A DNA stretch of 63,458 nt from Chloroflexota bacterium (GTDB lineage: Bacteria; Chloroflexota; Dehalococcoidia; SHYB01). Location: the NCBI GenBank assembly GCA_022572465.1, contig JACZVV010000003.1, positions 1-63,458 of the forward strand, read 5' to 3'. The position numbers and the translations under genes are program-made. Every line of letters begins with the position of its first letter. Position 1 is the stretch's first letter. Shown here one piece after another: positions 1 to 9,925 of this stretch. Under the pieces are notes generated by a model, which saw nothing but the letters and a program-made list of their open reading frames with translations, did no database searches and had not been told where the DNA came from.

Positions 1-193
1 CCTCGGCGACGGCATATGCGGGCTCCATCGAAAGGGCCAGCTCTTCGCCCAAGGAGAAGGAGGTAAAGGAGGCCAGGCGTCGGCGGACCTTGTCGTATTC
101 CAGGGTTGTGAGCGCACGCCGCCTCAGCCCGGCCACGTCTCTCCCGTGGTTCGCGGATACGGCTTTGGAGCGGGGTTTCGCCTTCGACTCCAA
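1..193 (-). CDS. mutS2: Endonuclease MutS2, 5' end only (runs off the window)
   Basis: Not in the ORF track. Manual translation gives ...RRALTTLEYDKVRRRLASFTSFSLGEELALSMEP, which resembles the MutS2 N-terminus. Start is TTG at 193 or GTG at 136. Confidence 0.75.
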   Translation of the reverse strand, partial: MESKAKPRSKAVSANHGRDVAGLRRRALTTLEYDKVRRRLASFTSFSLGEELALSMEPAYAVAE

Positions 194-225
194 TTGCGTC
201 CTCGCGCGGGCGCCCTCAGGATTCC

Positions 226-1626
226 TTAATTGCCGGACCCGGCGGCGCCTAGAGCGGCCCGCAGAGCGTCGATGACGGCATCGTCGTCGGCCGGCGCCAC
301 GGTCCGCGGGTCCAGCAGCAGCGTATCGTGCTCGATACGGGCCAGGACCGGCCTCGCCCCCTGGCGCAGCCTGCGGGCCGTCGTCTCCAGCATCTGCCCC
401 GTCCCTCGGATCGCCAGGGCCCTGGATGGGAGCAGCTCGCCCGGCAGGCTTCCGCCGCCGACCGTCGATGAGGCGTCCGTCACGGTGGCGGCCTCGCCCA
501 CCGCTTTGGCCCAACGCTTGGCCCGCCGGTTCAGCTCCGGCAGTGCGGCGGCGATCATCCGCCACACGGGTATCTCCCGGGTTGCCTCGCCGGTGACGTA
601 GTGGAGCAGCGTTGCTTCCAGGGCGGCCAGCGTCATCTTGTCCAGGCGCAGCGCTCGGACCAACGGGTGCGCCGCCACGGTTCGGACGTGGCCGGCCTTC
701 CCCACGATGATGCCGCACTGGGGTCCGCCGAGGAGCTTGTCGCCGGAAAAAAAGACCAGGTCGGCGCCGGCGGCGATGCTCTCCTGGGCGGTGGGCTCGT
801 GGGCCAGGCCGAAGTCGGCAGTCTCGAGAAGACAGCCGCTGCCGAGATCGTGGAGCGCCAGCGTCCGGTGCTTCGCCGCCGAGGCCGCCAGCTCCCCCAG
901 CGACGCCTCGTGGGTGAAGCCCTCGATGCGAAAGTTGCTGGGGTGGACCTTGAGGAAAGCTGCTGTCTCCTCGGTGACGGCGGCCTCGTAGTCGGCCAGG
1001 TAGGTCCGGTTCGTCGTGCCCACCTCGACCAGGCGCGCGCCGCTCTGTCGCAGGATGTCGGGGATGCGGAACCCGCCGCCGATCTCCACCGCCTCGCCTC
1101 GGGAGACGATGACCTCGCGATCGCGAGCCATGGCGTTCAGAGCCAGCATCACGGCGGCGGCGTTGTTATTGACCGCCAGGCCGGCCTCCGCGCCGGTGAG
1201 GCGGCGCAGCAACCGCTCCACGTGGACGTGCCGCGAGCCTCGCTCGCCGGAGGCCAGGTCGAACTCCAAGTTGCTGTATCCCTGGGCGGTGCGGCGTATC
1301 GCCTCCAGGGCGGCCTTGCTCAAGGGAGCGCGGCCCAGGTTGGTGTGGATCAGAACGCCGGTGGCGTTGATGACCTCCCGCAGCGATGGCTCGCAGAGGG
1401 ACGCCGCGCCGGCCTCGGCCTCGGCGATCAGCTCAGCGGTCGATGGAGCTGGCTCGCCCTGCGCGATGCGCCGGCGCGCCTCGTCCAGCCGCGCCCGGAC
1501 GACGTCGGTGACCGTCTCCCGGGAGTAACGCTGGATGGCGGTCTCCAGCCGGCGGTCCGACAGCAGCTTCTCGACGCTGGGAAGGCTGCGATAGTCCTTT
1601 TCCAACGTTTGCGTTCGTCCTTCCAC
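226..1626 (-). CDS. selA: L-seryl-tRNA(Sec) selenium transferase
   Basis: Motifs VINATGVLIHTNLGRAPL, SRGEAVEIGGGFRIPD, EVGTTNRT, FSGDKLLGGPQ (PLP lysine) and GGGSLP. Confidence 0.97.
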   Translation of the reverse strand: MEGRTQTLEKDYRSLPSVEKLLSDRRLETAIQRYSRETVTDVVRARLDEARRRIAQGEPAPSTAELIAEAEAGAASLCEPSLREVINATGVLIHTNLGRAPLSKAALEAIRRTAQGYSNLEFDLASGERGSRHVHVERLLRRLTGAEAGLAVNNNAAAVMLALNAMARDREVIVSRGEAVEIGGGFRIPDILRQSGARLVEVGTTNRTYLADYEAAVTEETAAFLKVHPSNFRIEGFTHEASLGELAASAAKHRTLALHDLGSGCLLETADFGLAHEPTAQESIAAGADLVFFSGDKLLGGPQCGIIVGKAGHVRTVAAHPLVRALRLDKMTLAALEATLLHYVTGEATREIPVWRMIAAALPELNRRAKRWAKAVGEAATVTDASSTVGGGSLPGELLPSRALAIRGTGQMLETTARRLRQGARPVLARIEHDTLLLDPRTVAPADDDAVIDALRAALGAAGSGN

Positions 1627-1781
1627 CCAACCGGCGCGGGGGAGGCCGAGCGTCGCCTGCCCGATCGCCAGACTGAAGGGGACTGCACGAGCTCACCACG
1701 GCTTAGACCCCGGTCTGCCAATATGGTAGCATATGGGTTACGGCGACTGCTTTCGGGCCGTCGCCCGACTCTGAGCTTTTC

Positions 1782-1811
1782 TTGACCCTGTCGACTGAAG
1801 GCTGCTACAAT
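1782..1811 (+). promoter_or_regulatory. Sigma70-type promoter for coaE and the AAA+/vWA genes
   Basis: TTGACC-18 nt-TACAAT with an extended -10 TG, 38 nt before the coaE ATG. Confidence 0.55.
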
Positions 1812-1849
1812 GCAGCCACCTTCGAAGGGAGCAAGCCACCTGGCCCCTG

Positions 1850-2452
1850 ATGCGTGTCATCGGTCTGACCGGCGGTTTGGGCAGCGGAAAGAGTACAGTC
1901 TCCCAGTTCCTCCAGGAACTGGGCGCTGTTATCTTGGACGCGGATAAGGTGGGCCACCAGACCTACCTTCCCGATACCCCAGCGTGGAAAGATCTGGTTG
2001 AGGCCTTCGGACAGGAGATCGTCGGGGCCGACCGAGTGATCGACCGCAAAAAGCTGGGTCCCATCGTCTTCAGCGACCCGCGCAAGCTGGAGCAGCTCAA
2101 CGGCATCGTCCATCCCCGGATGCGCGAGCTGATGGAGCGGCAGATCGGCGAGCTCAAGCGCCAGGGCGTGGAGTTGGTGGTCCTGGAGGCGGCGATCCTC
2201 ATCGAGGCCAAGTGGCTGCCCTTGGTGGACGAGGTGTGGGTCACCCAAGCGGCTGAAGAGGTCGTGGTCGAGCGGGTGAAGGCCAGGAACAATTGGAGCG
2301 AAGAGCAGATTCGAGAGCGTATCGCTTCCCAGCTCTCTTCCGAGGAGCGAGCGAAATACGCCCAGGTGGTCATCGACACCAACGGGACCCTGGACGAGGT
2401 CAAGGCGCAGGTCGGCGCCTACTGGGACGAACGAGTCGCGGCCAGAGGATGA
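1850..2452 (+). CDS. coaE: Dephospho-CoA kinase
   Basis: [15 protein letters not shown]-loop; [31 protein letters not shown]. Confidence 0.96.
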   Translation: MRVIGLTGGLGSGKSTVSQFLQELGAVILDADKVGHQTYLPDTPAWKDLVEAFGQEIVGADRVIDRKKLGPIVFSDPRKLEQLNGIVHPRMRELMERQIGELKRQGVELVVLEAAILIEAKWLPLVDEVWVTQAAEEVVVERVKARNNWSEEQIRERIASQLSSEERAKYAQVVIDTNGTLDEVKAQVGAYWDERVAARG

Positions 2453-2453
2453 T

Positions 2454-3350
2454 TTGATGCCAGCGGGCAAGTCCAAATCTCTCTACCGGCAATACATTAT
2501 CGAGGAGTACATCCTGCCGGAGGAGCCGTTCTATATTCCGGTCCAGGACGAGGTGGAGATATTCGAAGCCGCATTCGAACAGAAGATCCCGGTGCTGCTC
2601 AAGGGGCCCACGGGCTGCGGCAAGACGCGCTTCATCGAGTATATGTCCTGGAAACTGGGGCAGCGCGTCGCCGGCAAGAAGGCGAGCAAGGACGGAGCGC
2701 GGGCCAACGGCACAGGCCTGCCCCTGGTGACGATCGCCTGCCACGAGGACCTGACCGCCAGCGACCTGGTGGGCCGATACCTCTTGGAAGGGCAGGAGAC
2801 GAAGTGGATCGACGGGCCCTTGGCCCGGGCCGTGAAGGTGGGGGCGATCTGCTATCTCGACGAGATCGTGGAAGCGCGGAAAGACACCACCGTGCTGATC
2901 CACCCCTTGACGGACCACCGGCGCATGTTGCCGGTGGAGAAACGAGGAGAAATTCTGGAGGCGCACGATAATTTTCTCCTGGTGATGTCCTACAACCCCG
3001 GCTACCAGAGCACGCTGAAAGACTTGAAGCACAGCACCCGGCAGCGTTTCGTTTCGATGGAGTTCGACTATCCGCCCAGGGACATCGAGACCGAGGTCAT
3101 CGCTCATGAAGGCGGCGTCGGGCGCGACATCGCGATGAACCTGGCCAAGCTGGGGGAGAAGGTGCGGCACCTGAAAGAGCACGGCTTGGAGGAGGGGGTC
3201 AGCACGCGGCTGCTCATCTATGCGGCGAAGCTGATCTCCAGCGGCATCCCGGCACGCCGGGCCTGTCAGACCTCCGTGGTCTGGGCCCTGACCGATGACC
3301 ACGAAGTCCAGCGGAGCATCGAAGAGGTCACCTCGACGATCTTCCCGTAG
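2454..3350 (+). CDS. CbbQ/NirQ/NorQ-family MoxR AAA+ ATPase
   Basis: [61 protein letters not shown]. Confidence 0.93.
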   Translation: MMPAGKSKSLYRQYIIEEYILPEEPFYIPVQDEVEIFEAAFEQKIPVLLKGPTGCGKTRFIEYMSWKLGQRVAGKKASKDGARANGTGLPLVTIACHEDLTASDLVGRYLLEGQETKWIDGPLARAVKVGAICYLDEIVEARKDTTVLIHPLTDHRRMLPVEKRGEILEAHDNFLLVMSYNPGYQSTLKDLKHSTRQRFVSMEFDYPPRDIETEVIAHEGGVGRDIAMNLAKLGEKVRHLKEHGLEEGVSTRLLIYAAKLISSGIPARRACQTSVVWALTDDHEVQRSIEEVTSTIFP

Positions 3351-3461
3351 CGCCTTCGGCGTGCTGCGGCCACCCTACGAACGCCAACCAAATAAGGAGC
3401 CGTGGGCAGGCCGGGCGCGCAACGGCGAATTCATACGCCAACCCGTTGCCGATCTTTATTC

Positions 3462-6400
3462 ATGGAAGACGAATACGACAGCCCCTCGCTAGAAGCCGAG
3501 CTGCAGCGCTTCCCCGCGTCGGTGGTCAGCGAGTACCACAAAGCGGAGCGTGAGGCGAAGCGCCGGCTGAGGCCGGAAGACCTCGATGCCTGGGCTCGCG
3601 AAGGCATTGCCATCGCCCAGCATTCGTTCCGCTCCTGGGAAGCGGCCACCGAGTACTTCCGCGCCACGCCGGAAGTTGCCGCTCGCATGGCCTTCCCGCA
3701 GCTGTTGAGCTGGGCCCGATGGGGCCGCTCCCTTTCGGCCGATTCGCCCGTTGTCTCCTCGTCTTTCTTCCGCGCCAGTCCCCAAGTGCTGAACTACATC
3801 GAGCCGGAATCGATCGGCCGGTGGGCCACCTACGGGAAGGGTCTCTACAAGGGCACGTGGAAGTCCAGCTCGCTGGCCTCGACCTACTTCGAGTCCAGTC
3901 CAAGGCTGCTCCAGTTCTTGAACCTGAATGAGCTGGAAGAGCTCATCGGCTTTATCGACACGCTGGCCGAGAAGTCCTACGACCTGGCCAACGAATGCCT
4001 GGCCAACGCCGATGGCGTTTTCTCCAAAGTCGAGCCGCCCGACCGGCGCAGCTTCCTGTCGCTGGCCGCGGTCCTGGCCCGGTCCAACTGGCGTGACATC
4101 AAGCCGTTTTTCGAAAACGGGTCTCGAAGCCTCGTCTATCTGGAGAAGAGTCAAAGAAGCCGGTTCCTTTCCCTGGCCGAGCGCCTGGCGAAGGACGGCG
4201 GCGGAAACGCTATCGGGTTCCTCCTGGATGCATCGGCCGCTCTGGGCGAGATCGACCAGTCCAGGCATGTGCAGATGCTGGGCATGGCCGAGCGGCTGGC
4301 CGACGTCTGTCCGCCGGCCGTTGGGGAGTTCCTGCGCAACGCGCCGCAGGTGTTGGTCCGTGTGAAGGACCAGTACCTGGAGCTCTGGTTCGAAGAGGGC
4401 GTGAAGATCCTGCGAGAGAACGAGGACGGCGGCCTGGCCTTCTTCCGGCTGGAGTCGGGGCGGGGCGAGCGCGTGCTGGAGAGTCTGACCAACGGTGTGC
4501 AGCTAGACCGAATCAAGGAAATCATGACGATGTACTGCCGGGCGCTCTCGGGCAGACCGGTGGAGCTGCTGCCCACCCAGGACCTGAAGGAGCGGGGGAT
4601 CGGCTGGAACTCGTCCGAGCAACCGACCACGGAAGGGAACAATATTTATCTACCGGCCTTCGTGGAGCGTTACGGTTCGAAAGAGCTCAATTTCGGTTGG
4701 TTCAAGGTCATCGCCACGCACCAGGTCGCCCACATGGAGTTCGGCAGCTTCGAGTTCCAGTTCGAGCGGCCGTCGTCGCTGTTCGCCGACCAAGATCAGC
4801 GGATGGTGATCGCCGGCGCCAGCAGCAACGGCGCCCATGACCCGGTGACCGACGTCCAACGCTTTTTCGACCTCTTTCCCGACCGGCAGCTGGCGGCCGA
4901 TATCTTCACCCTGGTCGAAGACGGCCGCATCGACCACCGGGTCAAGTGGGAGTATCCGGGGCTCCGCAAAGCCTACGAGGCCGTGCAACGAGAGGCGGTG
5001 GCCCAGCGCCAGGAGCCCAACACGTTGCCCTTGCGGGAGTCGCTGATGGAGGTGCTGGTGCGGCTGAGCCTGGAGGACCCCGACGTGCTGACGGTCCACG
5101 CGGAGCTGCGCGAGCACATCGAAGCCATCGCCAGCCTCGCTAAGGCGGTGCAGCGCTTCGACGCCACCGTCGAGGACACCGCCGAGGTCACCGTTCGCAT
5201 CTACGACATCGTCAGCCAGACGCCCAACATGGAGGCCATTCCCGAGGAGTCCGAGGAGCGCACAACCGACGAGATGGGCCAGAGCCCCGACATGGAGGCG
5301 CTTCAGCAGCTCATACAGGAGCTCCAGGCGGGAGGCAAGGGCCAGGGCGACGCGCCTCCCAAGGGCCGGGTCGAGGAGGAGTATAACCGTCCTCAGCGGG
5401 TGGAGTTCCGGGGCGAGTTCAAGCCCGAGCTGGTGCAAGCGCTGGAGAACCTGAAGCAGGACGCTTCAAAATCCGAGTCCGACATGCGGCAGACGGGCAT
5501 CTCTCCGGAAGACCTGAAGCAGATGCTCCAGAACAGCGCCGAGATCGAGATCTCGGAGGTGGAGCAGGGCGAGATCGACCGGTCGATGGGGATGTTCGTC
5601 GATAATCTGATCAATGAGGCGGCCAAGCAACAGGCTAAAACTCAGCAGGGGACCCAGTTCGCCCATAGCTCCGACGACGATCAGCCCCTCGCCAACCAGG
5701 AGCCGGAGACCTTCCTCTACGACGAATGGGACTTTCGAGCCGCCGACTATAAGCCCCGCTGGTGCTGCGTCCGCGAGAAGCGGATGGAAGAGGGCACCCA
5801 GGACTTCTTCGATAAGACGCTCAAGAGCCACTCGTTCCTGGTTGCCAAGCTCAAGCGGCAGTTCGAGATGCTGGCGCCCGAGAAGCTGCGCAAGGTCAAG
5901 CACCTGCCCGACGGCGACGAGTACGACTTCGACCTCGTCGTCGAGTCGGTTATCCAGAGGATGGCCGGCGACACGCCTACCGACAAGGTCTACTGGCGCC
6001 GCAACAAGATCCAGCGGGACGTGGCCGTGGCCTTCCTCCTGGACATGAGCGCGTCCACCGCCGAGGCCGTCGACGAGGCGCGGCGTCAGTTCGACACGTG
6101 GGACTTTCCCGACGACCCCCGGGACTACATGGCCTGGCTCCGGACCCGGCGTGAGGAGATGAGCCGCCGGACCTACAAGCGGATCATCGACATCGAAAAG
6201 GAAAGCACCATCCTGTTCATCAAGGCGCTGGAGGCCATCGGCGACAGCTACGGCATCTTCGGCTTCTCCGGCTACGGCCGCGAGAACGTCGAGTTCTACG
6301 TGATCAAGGACTTGGACGAGAAGTTCGGCGACCACATCAAGCGGCGGATCGACAAGATCACGCCGATGCACGCGACGCGCATGGGCCCGGCCATCCGGCA

Positions 6401-6704
6401 CGCCATCACCAAGCTGGACCGCCAGGAGGCGCGCACGAAGGTGCTGTTTCTCCTCAGCGACGGCCGGCCTCAGGACCGGGGCTACAGCCGCGAGGGCGTC
6501 GAGAAAGAGTACGCCGTCCACGACACCCGCATGGCGTTGAACGAGGCGCGGCGCAAGAAGATCGTGCCCTTCTGCCTCACCGTCGACCGCTCAGGCCACG
6601 ACTACCTCAAGACGATGTGCTCCGACATGGGGTACGAGGTGGTGACCGACATCCACTCGCTCCCCGAGCGCCTGCCCGCCCTCTACCGCCGCCTCACGCT
6701 GTAG
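3462..6704 (+). CDS. Large NorD/CbbO-like vWA-domain adaptor with N-terminal helical repeats
   Basis: C-terminal vWA with MIDAS LLDMSAST, TRMGPAIRH and LLSDGRP; YDEWD motif; directly follows the NorQ-like ATPase. Start moved to ATG 3462. Confidence 0.88.
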   Translation: MEDEYDSPSLEAELQRFPASVVSEYHKAEREAKRRLRPEDLDAWAREGIAIAQHSFRSWEAATEYFRATPEVAARMAFPQLLSWARWGRSLSADSPVVSSSFFRASPQVLNYIEPESIGRWATYGKGLYKGTWKSSSLASTYFESSPRLLQFLNLNELEELIGFIDTLAEKSYDLANECLANADGVFSKVEPPDRRSFLSLAAVLARSNWRDIKPFFENGSRSLVYLEKSQRSRFLSLAERLAKDGGGNAIGFLLDASAALGEIDQSRHVQMLGMAERLADVCPPAVGEFLRNAPQVLVRVKDQYLELWFEEGVKILRENEDGGLAFFRLESGRGERVLESLTNGVQLDRIKEIMTMYCRALSGRPVELLPTQDLKERGIGWNSSEQPTTEGNNIYLPAFVERYGSKELNFGWFKVIATHQVAHMEFGSFEFQFERPSSLFADQDQRMVIAGASSNGAHDPVTDVQRFFDLFPDRQLAADIFTLVEDGRIDHRVKWEYPGLRKAYEAVQREAVAQRQEPNTLPLRESLMEVLVRLSLEDPDVLTVHAELREHIEAIASLAKAVQRFDATVEDTAEVTVRIYDIVSQTPNMEAIPEESEERTTDEMGQSPDMEALQQLIQELQAGGKGQGDAPPKGRVEEEYNRPQRVEFRGEFKPELVQALENLKQDASKSESDMRQTGISPEDLKQMLQNSAEIEISEVEQGEIDRSMGMFVDNLINEAAKQQAKTQQGTQFAHSSDDDQPLANQEPETFLYDEWDFRAADYKPRWCCVREKRMEEGTQDFFDKTLKSHSFLVAKLKRQFEMLAPEKLRKVKHLPDGDEYDFDLVVESVIQRMAGDTPTDKVYWRRNKIQRDVAVAFLLDMSASTAEAVDEARRQFDTWDFPDDPRDYMAWLRTRREEMSRRTYKRIIDIEKESTILFIKALEAIGDSYGIFGFSGYGRENVEFYVIKDLDEKFGDHIKRRIDKITPMHATRMGPAIRHAITKLDRQEARTKVLFLLSDGRPQDRGYSREGVEKEYAVHDTRMALNEARRKKIVPFCLTVDRSGHDYLKTMCSDMGYEVVTDIHSLPERLPALYRRLTL

Positions 6705-6822
6705 CGCTGGGTGGAACCCCCGCTCTCTACCGCCGCCAGTAGGTGGTCTTACAATTGGAGAGTCGCTACCGACAAGTTTCCACTGAGGCTTTGGTAAATA
6801 GGGCGTTATAGGAGCGCCTAAC

Positions 6823-7383
6823 ATGACAACACCGTCTAATAAGCCGGCATTTCCTCGTGCACCAAAAAGAATGACCCCTGCCGTCGGTTTTTCTTACATC
6901 TCTGAGCGCGCCATAAGAGAAGGATTGGGGCGTAGGGAATTTCGACGTGAAGAGATGGAAAAGGTCAAAGAATGGTTCCGCCAATATGAGCCACAGCCCG
7001 CGTGTGCGTTCTGCGGCAGTTCCACGGTTCAGCGGTGGGATCACCTGATTCCCATCAGAGGCAACGGCGAGACTGTTCTCGGCAACATGGTCCTGGCTTG
7101 CCAACCTTGTGACGATTCAAAAGGCCAAGCTTCTTTCAAAGAGTGGATGAGAGGCACATCAGCCAAGTCACCCGAAACGCGCGGGATCCATGACGTGGAT
7201 GGAAGAATCCGGCGGCTCGAAGGTATTGTGCAAGCGTTTGGATATGTTCCGACTGTCCTTGAAAAGCGTTTAAACGCAGACGAACTGGCTAGGCTGCGCG
7301 GCATTCGCGACGACTTGGACCGGCTTAGGACTGAAGTCGATAGCTTTATCGAAAGCTACAAGAAACGGGTTGGGAAGGGCTGA
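6823..7383 (+). CDS. HNH endonuclease (McrA/HNH_5-like, zinc-binding)
   Basis: CAFC...WDHLIP...GETVLGNMVLACQPCDDSKG; GGAG RBS; sampled GC about 52%, lower than the flanking genes. Confidence 0.85.
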   Translation: MTTPSNKPAFPRAPKRMTPAVGFSYISERAIREGLGRREFRREEMEKVKEWFRQYEPQPACAFCGSSTVQRWDHLIPIRGNGETVLGNMVLACQPCDDSKGQASFKEWMRGTSAKSPETRGIHDVDGRIRRLEGIVQAFGYVPTVLEKRLNADELARLRGIRDDLDRLRTEVDSFIESYKKRVGKG

Positions 7384-7559
7384 CCCAAACGTAATATTAT
7401 TGACGGCAACCCTCAAACGCGCCAACGACTGCATCGTATGCAGGTATTGCCCGCCTTAGTCCCACCTTAACCCGTCCAAGCTCTGCTACTGGGTGAGAAC
7501 AACCAGGGATCGCTCTGCCTCAAGGTACCTTAACCGACCGCAACCCCTGCTTCCGCCCA

Positions 7560-8819
7560 CTAACGCCGCCAGTTGCTGGTCTCGATGCCGTCCAGCTCCA
7601 GCAGCAGGCGGCGCACCTGGAACAGCGTCGTGGCCACGATGCGGTTCTTGATGTCTATACGCCCGCCGGGGTACTTGCCGGTGTGGGAGTGGCGTTTGCT
7701 CTTGTGGTCCACGGTGACGAAGACGGTGCCCACGGGCTTGCCCTCCTGCTCCGAGGGCCCCGCCACGCCGGTGATGCCGATGCCGATATCGGCGCCGAGC
7801 TCGGTCCGCGCAGCCAGGGCCATCGCCGCCGCGACCTCCTCGCTGATGACGCCGTGCTTCTCGATGAGCTGGGGGTCGACGCCGTGGGCGGCCTTGACGT
7901 CGGTGGCGTAGGTGACCAGGCCGCCGCGGAAGTAGGTGGAGCTGCCGGGGACGTCGGTGATGGTGCTGGCCAGCAGCCCCCCGGTGCACGACTCCATGGT
8001 CGCCAGCGTGAGGCCCCGATCGGTGAGCAGCTTGCCGACGTGGGCCTGCATCGTCTCGTCGTCGGTCCCCCAAAGGTTGTTCGCAAAGGTGTCGCGAATG
8101 CGCGCCTCCACGGGGTCCAGCAGCGCCGCGGCCTTCTGCTCGTCGCGGGCCTTGGCCGCGATGCGGACGTGGATGCCATCGGGCTTGGCGTAGACGCCGA
8201 CGGTCGGGTTGGCGGACTTCTTCAGGTCGCCGCACATCTCGTCGACGCCGCCCTCGGAGATGCCGGTGATCTTGAAGGTGCGGCTGACCAGGATGCCGCC
8301 ATCGGACCGCTTCCGCAGCTCGGGCGCGACCTGGTTCTCCCACATTTGATGCAGCTCGCGAGGCGGGCCGGGCATGGCCACGATGATGTTGCCGTCCTTC
8401 TCGGCCCACCAGCCCGGCGCCGTGCCGACGGGGTTGGGGATCGATCGGGCCGATGGGATGAGCATCGCTTGCTTCAGGTTGTTCTCGGGCATGTTCAGCG
8501 CGCGCTGGCCGAAGAACTGGCGAAGCTCCCGCTCCAGCTGGGGATCGATGCTCATCTCTTCGCCCAGGGCCCGGGCCACCACCTCACGGGTGAGGTCGTC
8601 CTCCGTCGGGCCGAGCCCACCGGTGGAGAGGATCAGATCGGAGCGCTCGAGGGCCCGGTGATAGACCTCCAGCAGCCGGTCCAGGTTGTCGCCGACCTGG
8701 TGCATGTAGTAGAGGTCGATGCCGAGGGCCGGAAGCCTCGATGCGATGTAGGATGCGTTGGTGTCGACGATCTCGCCCAGGAGAAGCTCGGTGCCGATGG
8801 AGACGATCTCAGCTTTCAT
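7560..8819 (-). CDS. cinA: Competence/damage-inducible protein CinA (MoCF domain plus NMN deamidase domain)
   Basis: IGTELLLGEIVDTN, GGLGPTEDDLT, NPVGTAPG, PGPPRE, ESCTGG, ITGVAGP. Confidence 0.95.
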   Translation of the reverse strand: MKAEIVSIGTELLLGEIVDTNASYIASRLPALGIDLYYMHQVGDNLDRLLEVYHRALERSDLILSTGGLGPTEDDLTREVVARALGEEMSIDPQLERELRQFFGQRALNMPENNLKQAMLIPSARSIPNPVGTAPGWWAEKDGNIIVAMPGPPRELHQMWENQVAPELRKRSDGGILVSRTFKITGISEGGVDEMCGDLKKSANPTVGVYAKPDGIHVRIAAKARDEQKAAALLDPVEARIRDTFANNLWGTDDETMQAHVGKLLTDRGLTLATMESCTGGLLASTITDVPGSSTYFRGGLVTYATDVKAAHGVDPQLIEKHGVISEEVAAAMALAARTELGADIGIGITGVAGPSEQEGKPVGTVFVTVDHKSKRHSHTGKYPGGRIDIKNRIVATTLFQVRRLLLELDGIETSNWRR

Positions 8820-8915
8820 GGGTCCTCGTTCCTGCAACGTCGATGCCGTGAACGTTCGAGAGGCCCCTAGTATACTGATTCCTTGCCGCGACGCGAAGCC
8901 GCCGGAGCAAGAGCC

Positions 8916-9794
8916 ATGCCTTCAGCCATCGTCTACCTGAACGGCCGGTACGTTCCCGCCGGCGAGGCGCGGGTCTCGGTCTTCGACCGCGGCCTGCTGC
9001 TGGGCCATGGCGTCTTCGAGACCATGCGGGCCTATGGCGGTGGGGTCTTTCGCCTGGACGAGCACCTGGCGCGGCTGGTGCATGGGGCCGAAAACGTCGG
9101 CATCTTGCTGGGGGGCCAGCAGTCGGTGCTGAGGCAGGCCATCGGAGGCGTGCTCGAGGCGAACCGCCTGACGGAGGCCAGGATCCGCCTGACCGTCACC
9201 GCCGGCTCGAGCCCCGGTGAGCCCCGCTTCCCCGCGCCCGGCGACCCGACCGTCGTGGTGACCGCCGACGCGGTTGAAGCGCCTACGCCCGGGGCCTACC
9301 AACGAGGCTTCCGCGCTATCGTCGCCAGCCGGGCCCGCTCCAGCCAGTCCGCCATCGCTTCTCTCAAGTCGACCAGCTTTCTGGAGAACCTGCTGGCCCG
9401 GGCCGAAGCCCAGGAGAAGGGCGCCGACGAGGCGATCATCCTCAACGAGCAGCGGTTCGTCACCGAGGGCGCCCGAGCCAACGTCTTTTTCGTGCACCAG
9501 GAGCGGCTCCTGACGCCGGCGCTGGAGTGCGGCCTCCTGCGGGGCATCACCCGGGACGCGGTCATCGAGCTGGCCGTCGAAGCGGGCATTGCGGTGGAGC
9601 AGACCTGGGTCTCCCTGGAGCAGATGGCCGAGGCCCACGAGGCGTTCGTCACCAGCTCGGTGATCGAGGTCATGCCCATCGCCAGCATCGACGGACGTCC
9701 CGTCGGCGACGGACGGCCGGGCGACGTCACCGGCGTCCTGGCCAGGGCCTACCGCGAGCTGGTGGCCCGGGAGCTGGGCCTCGACCGGCGGTGA
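8916..9794 (+). CDS. Class IV PLP aminotransferase (IlvE/Dat/PabC family)
   Basis: SVFDRGLLLGHGVFETMR, FRLDEHLARL, EGARANVF, LLRGITR. Confidence 0.92.
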   Translation: MPSAIVYLNGRYVPAGEARVSVFDRGLLLGHGVFETMRAYGGGVFRLDEHLARLVHGAENVGILLGGQQSVLRQAIGGVLEANRLTEARIRLTVTAGSSPGEPRFPAPGDPTVVVTADAVEAPTPGAYQRGFRAIVASRARSSQSAIASLKSTSFLENLLARAEAQEKGADEAIILNEQRFVTEGARANVFFVHQERLLTPALECGLLRGITRDAVIELAVEAGIAVEQTWVSLEQMAEAHEAFVTSSVIEVMPIASIDGRPVGDGRPGDVTGVLARAYRELVARELGLDRR

Positions 9795-9821
9795 TGCTTG
9801 CCACCCGTTCGGTTAGAATAC

Positions 9822-9910
9822 CCGGTGGCTGAGGCGGCTGAGCCGCAGCAATATTGGGCGGGAATGCTGATGTGGCTCAGCCACCGGCTCAGCCGCCTGA
9901 GCCGCAGCAA
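9822..9910. repeat. Palindromic repeat cluster A (GYGGCTNAGCCRC family)
   Basis: GTGGCTGAGGCGGCTGAGCCGC...GCTGATGTGGCTCAGCCACCGGCTCAGCCGCC; aligns over ~90 nt with 21321-21410. Confidence 0.85.
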
Positions 9911-9925
9911 TGAAGGAGGAGCACG

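Noticed and set aside
1627-1780. Possible tRNA-Sec (selC) upstream of selA
   Set aside because: No UCA anticodon loop in a cloverleaf, no GTTCGA T-loop and no CCA on either strand; only short hairpins.
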